64,000 nt of DNA from the human T2T-CHM13v2.0 reference genome, Homo sapiens: the NCBI RefSeq assembly GCF_009914755.1, contig NC_060944.1, one strand, 5' to 3'. Below, in pieces: positions 39,831 through 55,805 of this stretch (positions are counted from its first letter, which is position 1; each line of letters opens with the position of its first letter). A program made the position numbers and the translations under genes. The notes beneath the pieces were generated by a model that saw nothing but the letters and a program-made list of their open reading frames with translations, made no database searches and had not been told where the DNA came from.

Positions 39831-39935
39831 GGAATTCAAACCATAACAAGAATGAGATATGGAGCCAAAATAATGACTCTCTTAAAGACAAGAGAGGTTA
39901 TGATTAAAGCAACTAAGAAAAAGATTCAAAATAGA

Positions 39936-40229
<294 letters not shown>

Positions 40230-41599
40230 TCAGAATAGAGGTAAGAAGAAGAGTGAGAAAGAAAGAGGAGATAACTTACAATGGTAGGGTCCTGAAAGCA
40301 AGAGCAAGGGTGGGTTGAAAGAAGGGTTCTCTCCTTTTGTGAGAGAAGAGGAGAGGATGGAAATGTGCTAATGCTTTGTACGGAGGAATTGAAGTGTCCT
40401 AATGGCTCTGTTTTCTTGAGAAGTGGGGTGAAGCCATCTACCAAAAGTGTAGTGGGGGACGAATTACATCAAGAATTTGGAAAGACAGGAGAAGCTTTAA
40501 TCACAGAGTAGAAGGCAAGCAGAATAGAGAGATGAAAATTCTATTCATTCATTTGAGGGTCTATCTGACGGAAATTGAGGAGGGTGTGTCTGATGGACAA
40601 TAAGAAGTGTCTGTCTGATGAAGACTGTGAGCATGAAACTCAAGCTAATAGATCTTGGTCTTTCCAATCTGGGGAAAATTCTCTTTCTCACACCAGATCA
40701 GATGAATGGAAAGTACAGATGAATAGTTGTTCTATAATTTATTTATTTTCTGTTTTATTCCCATCTTTTTCTTTTTACACCTTACACGTTAATATTTCTG
40801 AAATTACTGTGTATACCATACATGGTAGAAATCTATAATTCCTTACAATTTTCTCAATTGTAAAGGACAATTAATTGACCAGTCAAAACTTGCCCCAGTG
40901 ATTTCAAATGCCATCTTACTACCATATTAAATTATTTTATATTCTAGTGTATGTTGTTTGGCTTTCTGTTCTATTTCACTAAGTTGTAGCTTTTACTGTG
41001 ACAGTATTTCTCTATCGCATTAAAATGACATGTTTTGATACTTGGTAGAACAAGTCTTATTCTTCTTTTGCAAAGCTTTTTGAGGTATCACTACCCATGT
41101 ATTCTTCCAGAAGAATTTAGGAAGAGTTTTATAAAATTTCAAACATATTTCATCACAATTTTTACTGCAGTTGCATTTTTTTTCTCTTTTTTGGGAAGCA
41201 GAGAGTATCACTTTTAAAGTGAGTCCTTTTATCCAGTAAACTGTATAAATCTTCATGTATTAATGCTTCTTTTTATGCCCCTCAGTTAAAAATGTTTTTC
41301 TTTTATTTCTTACAAATTGCATTTCTAGGACTTTATTATTGTTCATATTGTTTTTGTATTGTATTAAAAAGTTTCTTTTATAGTGTTTTGCAATATATTA
41401 AAAAGTATACATAATAATGTATGAATAGTTCAAAGAATAATTATTAAATACACATGTGCCCACTATCTGCTCTAAGAAATAAAACATTACTATACTATTG
41501 AAGCACTGTTTATGCCCATCACTATTGTCTCCTTTTTCTTTCTCCATCGTTAAATAAATAAATAAATAAAATAGGTACTACAGGTACTATCCTGATTTT

Positions 41600-41945
<346 letters not shown>

Positions 41946-42759
41946 TGAATTTACTCTTAATCATTCTCTTCATTTTTATTCGGAGTTCTAAATATATACA
42001 TATATCCCAAGACAATATATCATTTAGTTTTTCTTGGTTTCTTTTAAATCTATGTGGATTGAGTGTTTTCTATTATATGATTTGCGTTTGTCACTCATCA
42101 TTTTCAGATTCATCTATTTTGATGCACATAGTTGTATCTAATTCATCCCCATCTTATAAATATATTCCTATTTATTCCACCATTCTACCGTATATGAACA
42201 GTAGAGTTGTATCCAGGTAGGGTTTCTTACAATATAATTTATTGGAATACTTTTGTATATTTGATTGAACATATATATAAGATTTTACTAAGGTACACTT
42301 AGGAAGAGAGGGTCTATTCCTATGACTGAAGGGCTTATCTATCTTTGTTTTTACAGTGTAATGCCAAATTGTTTTCCAAAGTGGTGGCAGCACTGCCCCA
42401 AGCAATGTTCTGAAAGTTCCTACTCCTCCGCATCTTTATAAATATTTGGTATTATCAGGTTTTAAAATTCTAGACCATCTAGTAAGTGTAAAACAATACT
42501 TCATTAAGGTTTTACATGCTTTTACCTATTTACTAGCATCTTTTAATGTTTGTTGGATATTATTGTCCTTTTCCTGTTGCATATGTTTGATACTAATCAT
42601 TTTATTGGCTATATGTGCTACTGAAAAACTTCTTTTAATTTGTGTCTTGTGTTTCTCTTTATGTTACCTTTGAATATGGATCAGTTCTTAATTTTAATGT
42701 ACTCAAATTGATCAGATTTTAGTTTTTGTATGGGAGAAAGAGAGAGACAAATTTAGTAG

Positions 42760-43440
42760 CAGACACTGTTGATGGCCTGCCTATATCCCACTGAATAATG
42801 CTTACTGCAAAGTACAAATTTACCTAAATGCTGTGGGAGCCAACTTGTTCTCCACGTAGAAGAAGCAAGAAGTGCCAGAGAGTTAATGCCCCGAAGACAT
42901 CCTTCAAGCAATGAAAGACAGGAAGTTGATGGATGAACATCCCAGTTTCCTTACTACTTGGTTGGGTTACTCTGAGACATGTTTTACTAGCACTTCTCAA
43001 ACTATTTCAAACACTGAAACCATTGTGATGATGATAATGATAATTCCAAATCCATTGTGGACTCATGATATCATAAAATACAATAAAAATGAATTAATAG
43101 GGAAGTATAATTTTTAAGTAAAAGTGAAATTGAAAAAGCAAAAAAGAAAAATACTAAGCTCCTTCTTTTTAAATACTTTCTCTTTCTGTACTTGTCTTGT
43201 TATGGATTAGAGAGTCAATGAGTCAGTGCTGGTCCTTGGACCACACTGGGAATAGCACTGTTCTAGAACTCAGTTATTCACATGGTAATTTTTTGTTAAT
43301 AAACTTTGTATTGACTTTCTTCCCTTTCCTGTTTCACTTTCCCTCTTTCTTATGAGTGTGTCCTGAGACCATCTCCTAAATAAACTACTTCCATTTGTAT
43401 CCTTATCTCAGGGTCTGCTTCTGAATAAACCCACACAAAA
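42760..43440 (+). mobile_element. ERVL LTR16-like LTR, interrupted by a DNA-transposon relic (about 42990-43260)
   Basis: gccagagagttaatgcccc...caatgaaagacaggaagttg...atcccag and 3' end ctcctaaataaactactt...ccttatctcagggtctgcttctg. Confidence 0.6.
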
Positions 43441-46249
43441 GAGTTTTTCTTACATAAGAAACACTTTCTCTATCCTGAAGTCATGAGAATATTTGTCTAA
43501 ATTTTCATTGACATTTAAGAGTTACTCTTTTAATAAAATGTCCTCAATTCATTTACAACTGTGTTACTATGTATAACATGAGGTAGGAATCCAATTTTAA
43601 TTATTTCTCCTCATCCTAGGGAGATTGAAAAAATACTTTTAATTCCTCAGTTGATTTGCCTGATAATTTTAACTTCTGTCACATTTCCACATATGTATGG
43701 GTCTACTTCTATGTTCTATTATATTCAATTGTTTCTGTTAGACTTTCCCTGTGTCAATACCACATCTTAATTAACAATGAGGTGTAAGTCTTGCTATCTG
43801 GTAAAGTCTACTACTTTGTACTTCATGTTCATGACTGTCTTGGGTACTCTTACCTTTTCTCTTTACATAAACATTTGAGGACTAGCTTGTACCTTTTCAA
43901 AAAATGTTTGGTTTTTGAATTTTAGTTGCATGTATTATAGATCAAATGGGAGATAATATCATGTCTTTATAATAGTAGTTTTCTCATCCATGAACATGGT
44001 ATATCTTTTATTTAGGCCTTCCTTAACGTCTTTCAGTGTTTTATAGATTTATACGTACATCTTGAAAACTTATGTTAAATGTATTACTAAATACCTTATA
44101 TTTTTATTGCTATTGTACATAATGTCTTTAAGAAAATACCACATACTTGTTAGGTTAATAGAAATGGAATTGACTTTTTAATGTTAATGTCTTGGCAAAC
44201 ATGCTATATTCTTATATTAATTCTAATAATTTGTTTGCAGATTTCTTTGGGTTATCTATGTAGAGATAATTGTAGCATCTGTAGTTAATAATAGTTTTGC
44301 TCTTTTCCAATCTTTTATTTTCTTATCTTCAATGATAGCCACCAATACAGTCTTTAATAGAAATGATGATATGTCTATCTCCAATTTCAAAGATAATGAT
44401 GATATTGTTTCATCTTTGAGTATGATGTTTGTAGGTTTTTTAGTTATCTTTATCAGGTTGAGGGGGCCCATTTTTATTCCAGGCATACAAGAATATTTTG
44501 TTTTTTAAATCATGCTGAGAATTAACTGATGCTTTTTCTGTATCTACTGTAGTGATGATATGTATTTCCCCTCTCCTAGTATGTTACTGTAGCAAATTAC
44601 ACAAACAGATTTACTAAAGTTAGACTAACACTAATTTTTTAAACTATTTTTTTGCATATTTATGCAGTTTCAGATCATTTGCTAATATTTTGTTTAGGTA
44701 TTTGCATACATTTTTTTCTCATAAGCTTTTCTGCTTTTAATATCAAGGTTATAGTCTTGTCATAAATTGAAGGGGGAAGTGCTTCTTCTTTTTCCTTTCT
44801 CATAAAGTGTGTAAGATTAGGATTACAAACTCCTTGAGTGTTTGACTGATTGCACTTGTGAAGTCACCTGGGACTGATGTGTACTTTGTTGCAAAAGTTT
44901 AAATTACTGATTCTATTTCTTTATTTGTTGTAAAACTATACAGAATTGCTTTTCCTTAAGTCAAGTTTTTTAATTAATAGTTTGCCATATCACCTAAATT
45001 TTACATTTATTGGTATAAGATTATATACACTATCATCATTTATCTTGGTTACTGTGAAATAAACACAAAAGCATAAAACAATCATCTCATTAATTTTTCA
45101 GTACTGAACTTCATACTGTGACCTTGCTTTTCCTTATACTTTTCACTCCTTAAGCACATATCCCTAAATACAATAGAGTTTATCATCAAATAAATAAGAA
45201 TAATAAATAGTGCTAAACTCTTTTACAAAGGCCAGTCTGGGAGAACTAATACCTTTACAATCTTAACTTCCATTCCATGAATATGTTCTATCCCAGGATT
45301 TATTTAGATATTCTTACTGAGCATGCGTATTAGTTTTTTTGTTTTGTTTTTAAAAATCTTGTTTCTTGCTTCAATTGTTAGGGGGTATTTACTTTGCACT
45401 ATCAGATTTGTTCTTTACAATAAGAATGAAAGCATTTTTAAAAATCTGTCCAGTAACCTTTCCGCATGCAACCTCATAAGAAGTGGTGTGTGATGGTCTG
45501 GTTTAATGGGTCATTCTGCTAGTTACCATGTAAGTCCTTATTTTAAATATTTCCAACTCACAGGGAAAGGAAAGAATTTAGATATATTCATACATTACTT
45601 GGCTGGATAAGAGTTCTGTCTGACCTGTGGGGCAGTGGTATGAGGGGCAGTTAAGGAAGGGAAATAATTAGGCAGCAGGAAGATTCTCCGTGGCAAGAGG
45701 GCTTTTTAGGTGTTTTGAGGGGCAGCCTGAAGTTAGTTACCACAGACACTACCCCTTCCTGTAATTGTTTCTTTACAATGAGATCCTTCCACTGAAGCCC
45801 CTTTTCTTGTTTGCCATATGCCCTGGACGTAGGCTTGGAGGGGGAGCTCTCGTTCTCTGCATCATGGACTAGCAAATAAAGATGACCAGGGCACTGACCT
45901 CTCTCCTTTCCCCACTCCCATCCACCAGCTCCAACGCCCACTCCTGTTTTTAGCACTGGTTGGTCAAAGTTGGAGGTACTTATGCATGTAGACTTGGAAG
46001 TCTTCTCCTCCAATTCCCTAAGGGGTTTTCTTTCCAGGCAGTCTCAGCCTAGTCATCTCTTTCCCATTTGGGACTCCCTCTCCCATGACGTCTTGCATTA
46101 ATTCTTTCAGGAGCAGCCATGGCATCGTTTTACAGTTGTCAGTGCAGATACAAAGGTGTTTTTCTCTATATTTCTTTAGGACAGTAGTTTAAGAAGAGTG
46201 ATCAAATTGGCATTTCTAATCAAAAGTCTTATTGTCATCACTGAGACCT

Positions 46250-46490
46250 AAAAGGCAGTATTGTAGAATTAAACAATGATCAAGGGTTGAAGCCACACTG
46301 CCTGGGTTTATGTCCTGTTCCCACCACTGTATTACCTTGGCCAAGCTGCTTAATGTCTCTGTGTCTCATTTTCCTTACTTTAAAATGAGGATAAAAATAC
46401 TACCTACTACATAGGTTGTCCTGGGGATTTGATATGTTAATATACACAAAGTGCTTACCTAGGTGTCTGGCACAAAGTAAATACTATGTT
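46250..46490 (+). mobile_element. MIR
   Basis: ctgcctgggtt...accttggccaagctgcttaatgtctctgtgtctcattttcctt...taaaatgaggataa...aaagtgctta...ctggcaca. Confidence 0.8.
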
Positions 46491-47641
46491 TGTCTGATCC
46501 TCCCCCTGGCCCCATTGCATTCACTCTGAGAACAGCTCTAGGGTAGCCTAGAGATCACTAATTTGATTTTTTTGTAGAGACAATTAAGATTGTTGCTATT
46601 TCCTGTGATGTCCTTACCTCAATCTGCTCTATCCGAATGATGTTATATTGCTAATCATAGAAGCTATATCTTCTCATAGCTTACTGAGCTTTCTACGATC
46701 TTCTTCTGATTTCTATGGTAAATGATCTTAAATCTAATTTTTCTCTGAGGACTCAGAATTCATTCGTTCAATAATGTATTTATTGTGTCCTTATTTGTCT
46801 ACCTGGCACTGTTCTTCTAAGTGCTTGGGAAGCAGAGTAAGAAAAACACAAGGAAAAAATCTTGTCTCTGTGGAATGCATTCTAGTGGGAGAAGACAGAT
46901 AATAAAACATATAGTGAAATATACAGTATGTCAGATGATAATTGCTAAGGAGACACCCAAAGCTGGAAAGAGGGACAAAGAGTGTGCTGTAGGAGACTTC
47001 CAGTTTTTAATAGAATGGTCTGAGAAGAGCTTGCTGAGAGGTGACATTGGAAAAAAGACTTGAAGAAGCTGAAGGAACCATCCTGCTTATTTGGCAGAAC
47101 CTTACTGTAGCCAAAAAGGATGGCAAGTGCAAAGGCCCTGAGGCAGGGATGTCCCTGATATATGTGAAGAGAATGATAACTGAATTTGCATAGTGAGGCA
47201 CAAGTAGCAAGAGATGACACAGAGGCAAACAAAAGTGGGAATTCTGGTCACCTGGAGCATGTGAGCTACCGTGAAACTTCGGGTTTTTAATGTGAGTGAC
47301 AAGAGAAACCATCAGAGGGTTGGGAGCAGAGGGAGTGATATGATTTGCTTCATGATTTAACAAGATCATTTTGGTGCTGTGTTGAGAAAAGAATGCAGCG
47401 GCCAGAGCTGAAGCTGCAAAGATTATTTAGAGGCTGCTGCAATAATCTGGGGTGCAGAGCACAGTGGTTTGGACCTAAGGGGTAGTAGTAGAGGCTGTGA
47501 GAAATGGTCAAGGTCTTGACATACATTGCAGGATGAACCAAGAGAATATGTTATTGGTTCAGATGTGGGGAACAGCAAGACTGCTGCTTTGTACAAAGCC
47601 AGGGGGTCTCAATCAAAAGCAATAAAGGGTGAAGAGGTTCT

Positions 47642-47863
47642 CTTTTTCTTTTTTTGAGACAGGGTCTTGCTCTGTCACCCAGCCTGGAGTGCAGTGGTAC
47701 AATCATGGCTCACTGCAGCCTTGACCTCCCAGCCTCAAGCAGTCCTCCCACTTCAGCCTCCTGAGTAGCTGAGATCATAGGTACACACCACCACACCCAG
47801 CAATTCACCTGCCTTGGCCTCTCAAAGTGCTGGGATTACAGGGGTGAGCCACCATCCCCAGCC
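47642..47863 (-). mobile_element. AluJ with internal deletion
   Basis: Right arm intact. Most of the left arm is missing between cacccagcaat and tcacctgccttgg. Confidence 0.85.
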
Positions 47864-48215
47864 AGAAGGGATTTTCTTTGGAGATGTAAAAGCCAGGGCC
47901 TCAGTTCTGACAAAAGTGAGAAGTCAAGGTTTTTGGCTCGAGACACTAATAAAACAGAGTTGCCATTTACTGAGATGGAGAAGACAGTGGGAAGAACAAG
48001 TTGAAGGAGGATCACAGGCTCAGTTTTGAATGTGTTTAATTCCACGGGCTGATTAGCAATCTAGGTGGAGAGGTTGAGGAGACAGCTGGATAAATGACTC
48101 CGGAGGGCTGGGCAGAGGCCTGGCCTGGAGGTATCAATTGGGAAAATTATTAACATATGGATGGATTTTAAAGCCGGGAGACTAGAAGAAATAATTAGGG
48201 AAATGAATGTGGATC

Positions 48216-48414
48216 CAGGGTCAGCAAACTATGGCTCTTGGGTTGAATCCAACCAGCTGCCTGTTTTTGTAAATAAAATTATATTGGAACACTGCCGCAC
48301 CCATTTGTTTATCCATTGTCCCTGGCTGTTTTCCTGCTACAATGGTGGCATCGAGTAGCTGCTACAGACCCTCTCATGGATAAAGCCTATACTTTAAGAC
48401 CTGGCCAACCTCTG
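48216..48414. mobile_element. MER58A-like MITE
   Basis: cagggtcagcaaactatggc...ctgtttttgtaaataaaattatattggaacac...gccaacctctg. Confidence 0.8.
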
Positions 48415-48468
48415 GTATGGATACGAATGGGAAAGAGTCCCAAGAACTGGGCCAATAAGGTTGGGATG

Positions 48469-48845
48469 TGATATGGTTTGGCTGTGACCCCACCCAAAAT
48501 CTCATCTTGAATTGTAATCCCCATAATCTCTACATGTCAAGGGAGACACCAGGTGGAGGTAATTAATTCATGGGGGCCATTTCTCCTATGCCATTTTCAT
48601 GATAGTGAGTGAGTTCTCAGGAGATCTGATGTTATTATAAGTGTTTGGTAGTTTCTCCAACGTTCATTCTCCTTTTTGCCGCCTTGTGAAGAAAGTGCCT
48701 TGCTTCCCCTTCACCTTCTGCCACGATTGTAAATTTTCTGAGGCCTCCCAGCCATGCTGATTTATGAGTCAATTAAAGCTCTTTCCTTTATAAATTACAC
48801 AGTTTTAACCAGTTCTTTATAGCAGTATGAAAATGGACTAATACA
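48469..48845 (+). mobile_element. THE1 (THE1D-like) MaLR solo LTR
   Basis: tgatatggtttggctgtgaccccacccaaaatctcatcttgaattgtaatcccc ... ctttatagcagtatgaaaatggactaataca. Confidence 0.9.
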
Positions 48846-48870
48846 CGCTGTTTAAAAGGAACCAGCAAAC

Positions 48871-49495
<625 letters not shown>

Positions 49496-51904
49496 AGAGG
49501 AGAAGCCACTGCAGAAGGAGAAAATCTAGAAGTGTGTGATGAATTGGAAGCAAAGTACAAAAAGTGTTTTAAGGAGGATTTAACAACCAGCTGTGTCAGA
49601 TATTGCCAACTGGTTAAGTAAGAGGATCTGACTTTCTGAGTAATGACTATTGGATTTGGTGACTTGAAGGTCATAGGTGATCTTGAAATAATTGTTTTGG
49701 TGCAATGGCAGGGATCTGAGTTACTTTGGTTGAATGGATTCAAGAACAAATAGAAAGAATGGATGCATAAGGAGGGGATGGAATAGCTTGAGGAGAAGAT
49801 AGAGCTGGGTGTTTCTGGGTTTTTTTTTTAATCTTTTTAAAGATGGGAGAAATACAGCTTGTGTGGAGGGTGAGAAATATATCCAGTTACAAAGGGAAAT
49901 TTTGATGTAGGGTGGAAAGGGGACAATTGCTGGAGCAATGACATTGAGTTAAAAAAAAAAAGTAAGTGGGATTTGCTGCATTAAGTAGCAAAACTGGCCT
50001 TTATTTAAAAAGCAAATGGTTCATCCATAGAAACAAGGAGGTGAGGGGGAGGTCAAATATGTGGGCAACATGTGGGCAATGAGAGCTGGAGGGAATTTCT
50101 TTGAATGGTTTCAGTTCCTCAGTCTATTAGGTAACAAGGTCATCTGTGGAAGTGAGAACAGGTGGATGTGCTGTTAGTCTGAAGATAGGAGAAATATTCT
50201 CTGGGAGACTAGAGGGATGAATGGGCCAGGGAAAGACAGTATTGCCAGGCAGCTTTAAAAGCCAGCTCCAGTGGTGCTTCTGGCTTCCAAGTGAGAGTGG
50301 TTAGCGCAGTGGTGTGCAGCAGCTACGGAAGGAAAGACCTAGCACAGGCAGGAAATCAGATGGAGCTAGGGTTGTGAATAGCTGGAAATGAGAATGAGGC
50401 TGAGGTGTTGGGGGATTATGCAAGGATGTAACTGGAATGATCAGTCAAGGAATTTAAGCTGGGTAGAGAAGGGAATGAGGGCAATGAACAAGGTAGCAAG
50501 TCCTAGTGGGGCTGAATTTTTGGAGCTACAATACTAGAGGGAATAAATTGAAAAGAGAAGAGATGTGGTCAGAGTGAAATGTTTAAAATGAGATTACAGA
50601 GGGGTTAGAGGTTATTTAAAAGTGGCCTTTTGCCCAGGGCAAACGGAAATTTTGGATAGAGCTCTTGTTTTGTTTTTTCCTGAACACCCTGAAATAAAAA
50701 GCTCTCTATGATGTCTGATGTTGGCCACACACTACTTAGCAAAGCTCTTGGCAGACAGTAAGTTAAGGGCTTTACACAGACTTTCATGTGCTACAGCCTC
50801 TGTAGCGAGCCATTTTACAGATGGGGCACTGAAGTGTACAGAATGCGAGTCCTTAAACCAAGGTTGCATAGTGAAGTAGTGGATGAAGCCTGGATATAGC
50901 TCAAACTCTTCTATTTCCAAGGCATTTCCCAAATCACCCCTTTCTTCTATCACCTGGTAGGTCTGTGGGTCCAGAAGGCTAAAAGGCTGTCATCGCATCT
51001 TTAAGCAGCAAAATCAGGATGTCTCACCCCAAGTAAGAGGCTCTTTCCACCCACCACATTACCATTCCATAGTCAAGATGTCCTTTGCAAGGAGATAGAC
51101 TTACTTTCCTTTGATTAAACTAGGTCTCTCTCTCTCTCTCATTGTAAAAAGACTTCTCGGCAAAAAATTCCTTTTTTTGTCTTATCTTCTAATTCTGTAT
51201 CCCTTTTCCATTCCTTTTTCTTTGTAATTCTTTAATGAATCCACATTTTCCCTTTCCACAATTTCATTTCTTCTTCTATTTAACAGCATGGAACTTTCCA
51301 TCCTTTTGACAGAGTTCTACAACAAAGGTTAATTACTTTATAATTTCATTCTCTTAAAAAAAAGCACACTAAAATTGCTAATTTTAACTGTGCTTCTTGT
51401 CAGTGGGTTCATGTAAATTCACTGTAATTAAACCAGATGTTTTCTTGTGCCTTAAAGTCAGGTGGTAATTTAAGGAAGATTTTCATTTCAACATAAAGGA
51501 GGACAGAGTGTTATCAAGGGAAGTTTTCTCCTCTCCTCTCCCCTTTCCTCCCCTCCCCTCCTCTCCTCTCTTTATCTCCATTTCTACATCTGAAAAGGGG
51601 TTAACAATGGTGAACTTTGGGGGTAGATATGAGGAATACCAAGGTAGTATATATAAAAGCAGATAGCCATGTACAATTCAACAGGAGTTTCCCTTGATAC
51701 TTGTCTATGTCATTTTTTTGTCTCTCCACTTCAGTTGCCATATTTCTTTATTCATTCATTATACAGAGGCTTGGAACTAACTTAATAAGAGAGATTTAGA
51801 TAATTTTAGTCTCATATTTCCTAGTCGTGTTGGAGAAAATACATTTGTTCCAGATAAATCTTTACATCTTAATTAACTATAGCCTTTTAATTGAACTATA
51901 CAGT

Positions 51905-52075
51905 TGTATGCTACTAAATGTTTCACAACCTGCTCTCCAGGGAAAAATAAAAACAAAAACTTTGCCAACTTCCATGGTGTAAATATTTCCACCATGGTTT
52001 ATTTGAAGCAACGAATGTGGTACTACTGAACTTGGAGGTGGGAAGAGATGCAAGCAAGTCTGAGTTAGCTTTGAA
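51905..52075. mobile_element. MER63-like hAT-Blackjack fragment
   Basis: ttccatggtgtaaatatttccaccatgg...actgaacttggaggtgggaagagatgc resembles the consensus as I recall it. Confidence 0.5.
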
Positions 52076-53139
52076 TATAGCTAAAAGACGTCATACATAT
52101 CCCCCATCTTCACAAACAATACCCATAAATGGGACACTATGGTATCACGAAAAGGGCATGAACTTTTATGTGGAATGGTCATTTATTCATCCATCTATTC
52201 ATTCAACAACGAGCCCATACTATGGATTACCAGAGTGAACAACACAAAACAAAGTTTCTATTCCCATTAAGCTTATATCCCTCAAAGAGAGATAATAAAG
52301 TAATCAATATACAGCATGAGGTAGAGAAAAATAAAACAGAGAACAGCGGTAGAGGTTTTGGCCAGGTATAGAATTATATATTGGGTGGTCAGGGAATGCC
52401 CTTCAGGTAAGATTTTGAATTCTATTTACTCCTCTTCTGCACAACTGTATCGATAGCATCTACATCAAAGTATTTGGGAATTGACTGTAAGAATGGAGAG
52501 TATCAGCACAATGCCTAGTTCATAGTGTGCACTTGAAAAACATAATTGCATTTCTCTTTGCCCTTTATAATATCTCAAGACCATCTTGGTAAACATCTCA
52601 AATGTACTGAGCTCTAATACAGTGATGCCTTCAGGACTCACTAAGGTGTGAATAGCTTTCACTCTTACACTAAATGACTCTGGACTGCTTTACTTATTGC
52701 CTTGTTGTTATTGCTTTTTCTGCTTTTTCTCTCACTTTTCCCTTTTCCCGGTTTTACATGCCACATCTTGTTACTACAGATGTACTCATCCTTAGCAACA
52801 TGCAGCCTCCTTCTAGCTTACTGTGACCTGAGAAACCTGATCATTGGCTCATTAGAAATGTACACTTAATAAAGGTACTCATTCCTGAGGCATGTCAGTC
52901 TTCCTTACAATTCAAGTACATGAGTTTTTTAAAAAGTATGATGCTAAATGAAATAATATATGTTTTGTATGTGATTAACTGTATTAAATATCAATAATAT
53001 TATGGTATATATTAAGTTATTAATTATAATCAATTACATTATATGTAATTATTATATGGGATTCTACATTTCCTTATTTGTAAAATAGAAAAAAAAACAC
53101 TCTTTGCTCCTTCACATTTAGTGTTCAGATTAAATGAAT

Positions 53140-55805
53140 CTACACTGCTAGTGAAAACACAAAATCATACAACTTCTATGGAAGAGTACCTCTCAACAGC
53201 TAACAAAACTTCATATGTACTTACTCTGTGACTCTTGCAATCCCACTTTTAAGAATTTACCCTAAAGATACATTGCCACAAGTACCAAACAACATATGCA
53301 CAATGCTATTTGCTACAGTATTATTTATGATAGTAAATAACGGAAACAACCTGGGTGTCCACTGGATATTGGTTGAATAAATTACAGTATTTCCATCAAC
53401 ACAATGAAATACCATAGTGTCATAAAAAATAAAGAGCAAATTCTGTAGTAACTGATATGAAGTGATTTCTAGGATATACTGAGTGAACAAAAACACAAGA
53501 TGCAAAGTATATCAATTATGCTACCTTTTATATAAGAAGTAGGAAGAAGAAAAGTATTACATATTTTTTTGCAAAAAGAACTCTAAGAAAGATCAACCAG
53601 AAAGGAATGAAAATAGCTACCTTTCAAGTGTGGATTGGAATAGTGAAAAGAGACAGGAATGGCGGTAATATTTTTTGGAATATACGTTTTAATGTAGTTT
53701 TTTAATGGTGTTTTTATTTCTAATTTAATTTAAAGTTCTGAGATACATGAGCAGGAACTGCAGGTTTGTTACATAGGTAAATGCATGCCATGGTAGTTTG
53801 CTGGACCTATCAACCCATCACCTAGGTATTAAGCCCCATATGCATTAACTATTTATCCTGATGCTCTCCCTCCCCACACTCCCCCAACAGGCCCCAGGGT
53901 GTGCTGTTCCCCTCCCTGTGTCCATGTGTTCTCATTGTTCAGCTCCCACTTACAAGTGAGAACGTGCAGTGTTTGGTTGTCTGTTCCTGTGTTAGTCTGC
54001 TGAGGATAATGACTTCCAGCTCCATCCATGTTCCTGCAAAGGACATGATCTCATTCCTTTTTATGGCTGCAAATACCACATTTTCTTTATCCAGTCTATC
54101 ATTGATGGCCATTTGGGTTGACTCCATGTCTTTGCTATTGTGAACAGTGCTGCAATGAACATATACATGCATGTATCTTTATAATAGAATGATTTATATT
54201 CTGTTGGGTATATACCCAGTAATGAGACACAGTTTTTACTTTTGAAACATGCAACTGTTTTGCATATTAAAAACAATTAAATTGAATTAAAAAGCATAGG
54301 TGGAAGGCAAACCTTTAAATGGAAACAAATGAACATAACTGGGTATCAAATTGATAATATAACCATACAGAGAAAAGAACTGAACTTTTGAACATAGTAT
54401 TCTCACTGCATACCCTCAGTGGTATACAGCCTAAGGAGATAAAAACTGAAATCTTTAACCTAACTTAGTATAATAGCTTTATTGTTTTTTAGAGGGATTG
54501 GTGTTGTAATTCTGAAACTATTTTATGTGTGTTTCAGGAAATGAAAACTATGTGGATGTTGAGCACCAGGGTTCTCACTGCAGGAGAAGGAAGATATATG
54601 TATAAAATGTGTTGAATTTGAATCAGTATGAGCTCATGACTTAAAACAAAAATAAATTATACTCCCTAGCTCTACCTACTGAAAGAACCTACAGGCAATA
54701 ACGCATCACCGAGCACACCTAAGATGTATATCTTAGTGCCAAAATACCACTCCCCATTGAAAGCAACCACAAATCCCTAATAAGTGGTTGGCCTCAGGTC
54801 TGGGGCAGGGACATTAAAAGAATAGTCTAGAATATTTTTGTTGTGCCAGAAGCAAGGAAGACTAATGAGAACATGTCAAAAGGACCTGGGAATCAGCTTG
54901 AAGAGACTGCCACTGGCCATATTTGAGGCAATTTGAGCATCACAGAGAATGGCAGTAGAGGATTTCAATACACGGAGTCAAAAATGATCTATGAATCAAC
55001 AGGGAGACCAAAAACAGGGAGGAAGATGAAGAGAGAAACAACTCTTCTCTAAAGAAGAAGGCTAACTAGTAAGCGTAGGGAGAATTATAGATGTTTAAAT
55101 CACCCTTTTGTAAGCACCAACGTAATAACTGGTTCAGGTGAAGACTCTCAGGACGTGTTAAAACCATTGAGTGAAAGCTTTAGGGGAATACAATACTCAT
55201 TCCATCTCAAAGTTTCACTCCAAGGATACTTTACAAAAGAAAAAAGGTGCCACATTTACAGTGGAGGGACCGGGCAGTTCTTGTCTTATCTAAGTGACCA
55301 TATGTGACATCATCAGTACTGGGACTCCCTGACATTATGAACTTCTTGACAAAATACAATGAGAAATATACATCGCCAACATAATGGTTTTGCCAAAGAT
55401 ATACGGAACCCTGGTTCTGTCACATAGAATCAGGTTAAATATTATTAGAAATGTAAACAAACTGTATATTACATGATTTTAAAATTAATGCAAAATTTAT
55501 TAGAGGTTAAATAGCATTGTGGGTATGTAGCATAAAGTTCTTATTTTTAGGTCTTGTATGCTAATTGGTTTAGAAATCAACTGTCATGATTTCTGCACTT
55601 TACTTTCAAATGGTTAAAATATTGTATGTATTCATAAATATATTTACATAGCATATGTCACCTATCATGTAGATATAAGATACACACACATGAGTAAATG
55701 CAGCAAAGTGTTTACAAATGTTGAATCTAGATGAGAGGTTTATAAGTCTCCTTTGTACTATTCTTTCGATTTTTCTAGCTTTGAAAATTTTCACAATAAA
55801 ATCTT
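53140..55805 (+). mobile_element. Old L1M (L1MC/ME) 3' region, split by a reverse L1PA insertion
   Basis: gcaatcccacttttaagaatttaccctaaagata; ends gttgaatctagatgagagg...ttgaaaattttcacaataaa. Confidence 0.7.
53705..54226 (-). mobile_element. 5'-truncated L1PA (about L1PA8-11) 3' end
   Basis: gcaggtttgttacataggtaaa...ctcccacttacaagtgagaac...gggtatatacccagtaatg. About 20 nt deleted near 54070. Confidence 0.9.

Noticed and set aside
46452-46465. Minus-strand TAG|GTAAGC as a recursive splice site
   Set aside because: It has no upstream polypyrimidine tract and lies inside a MIR.
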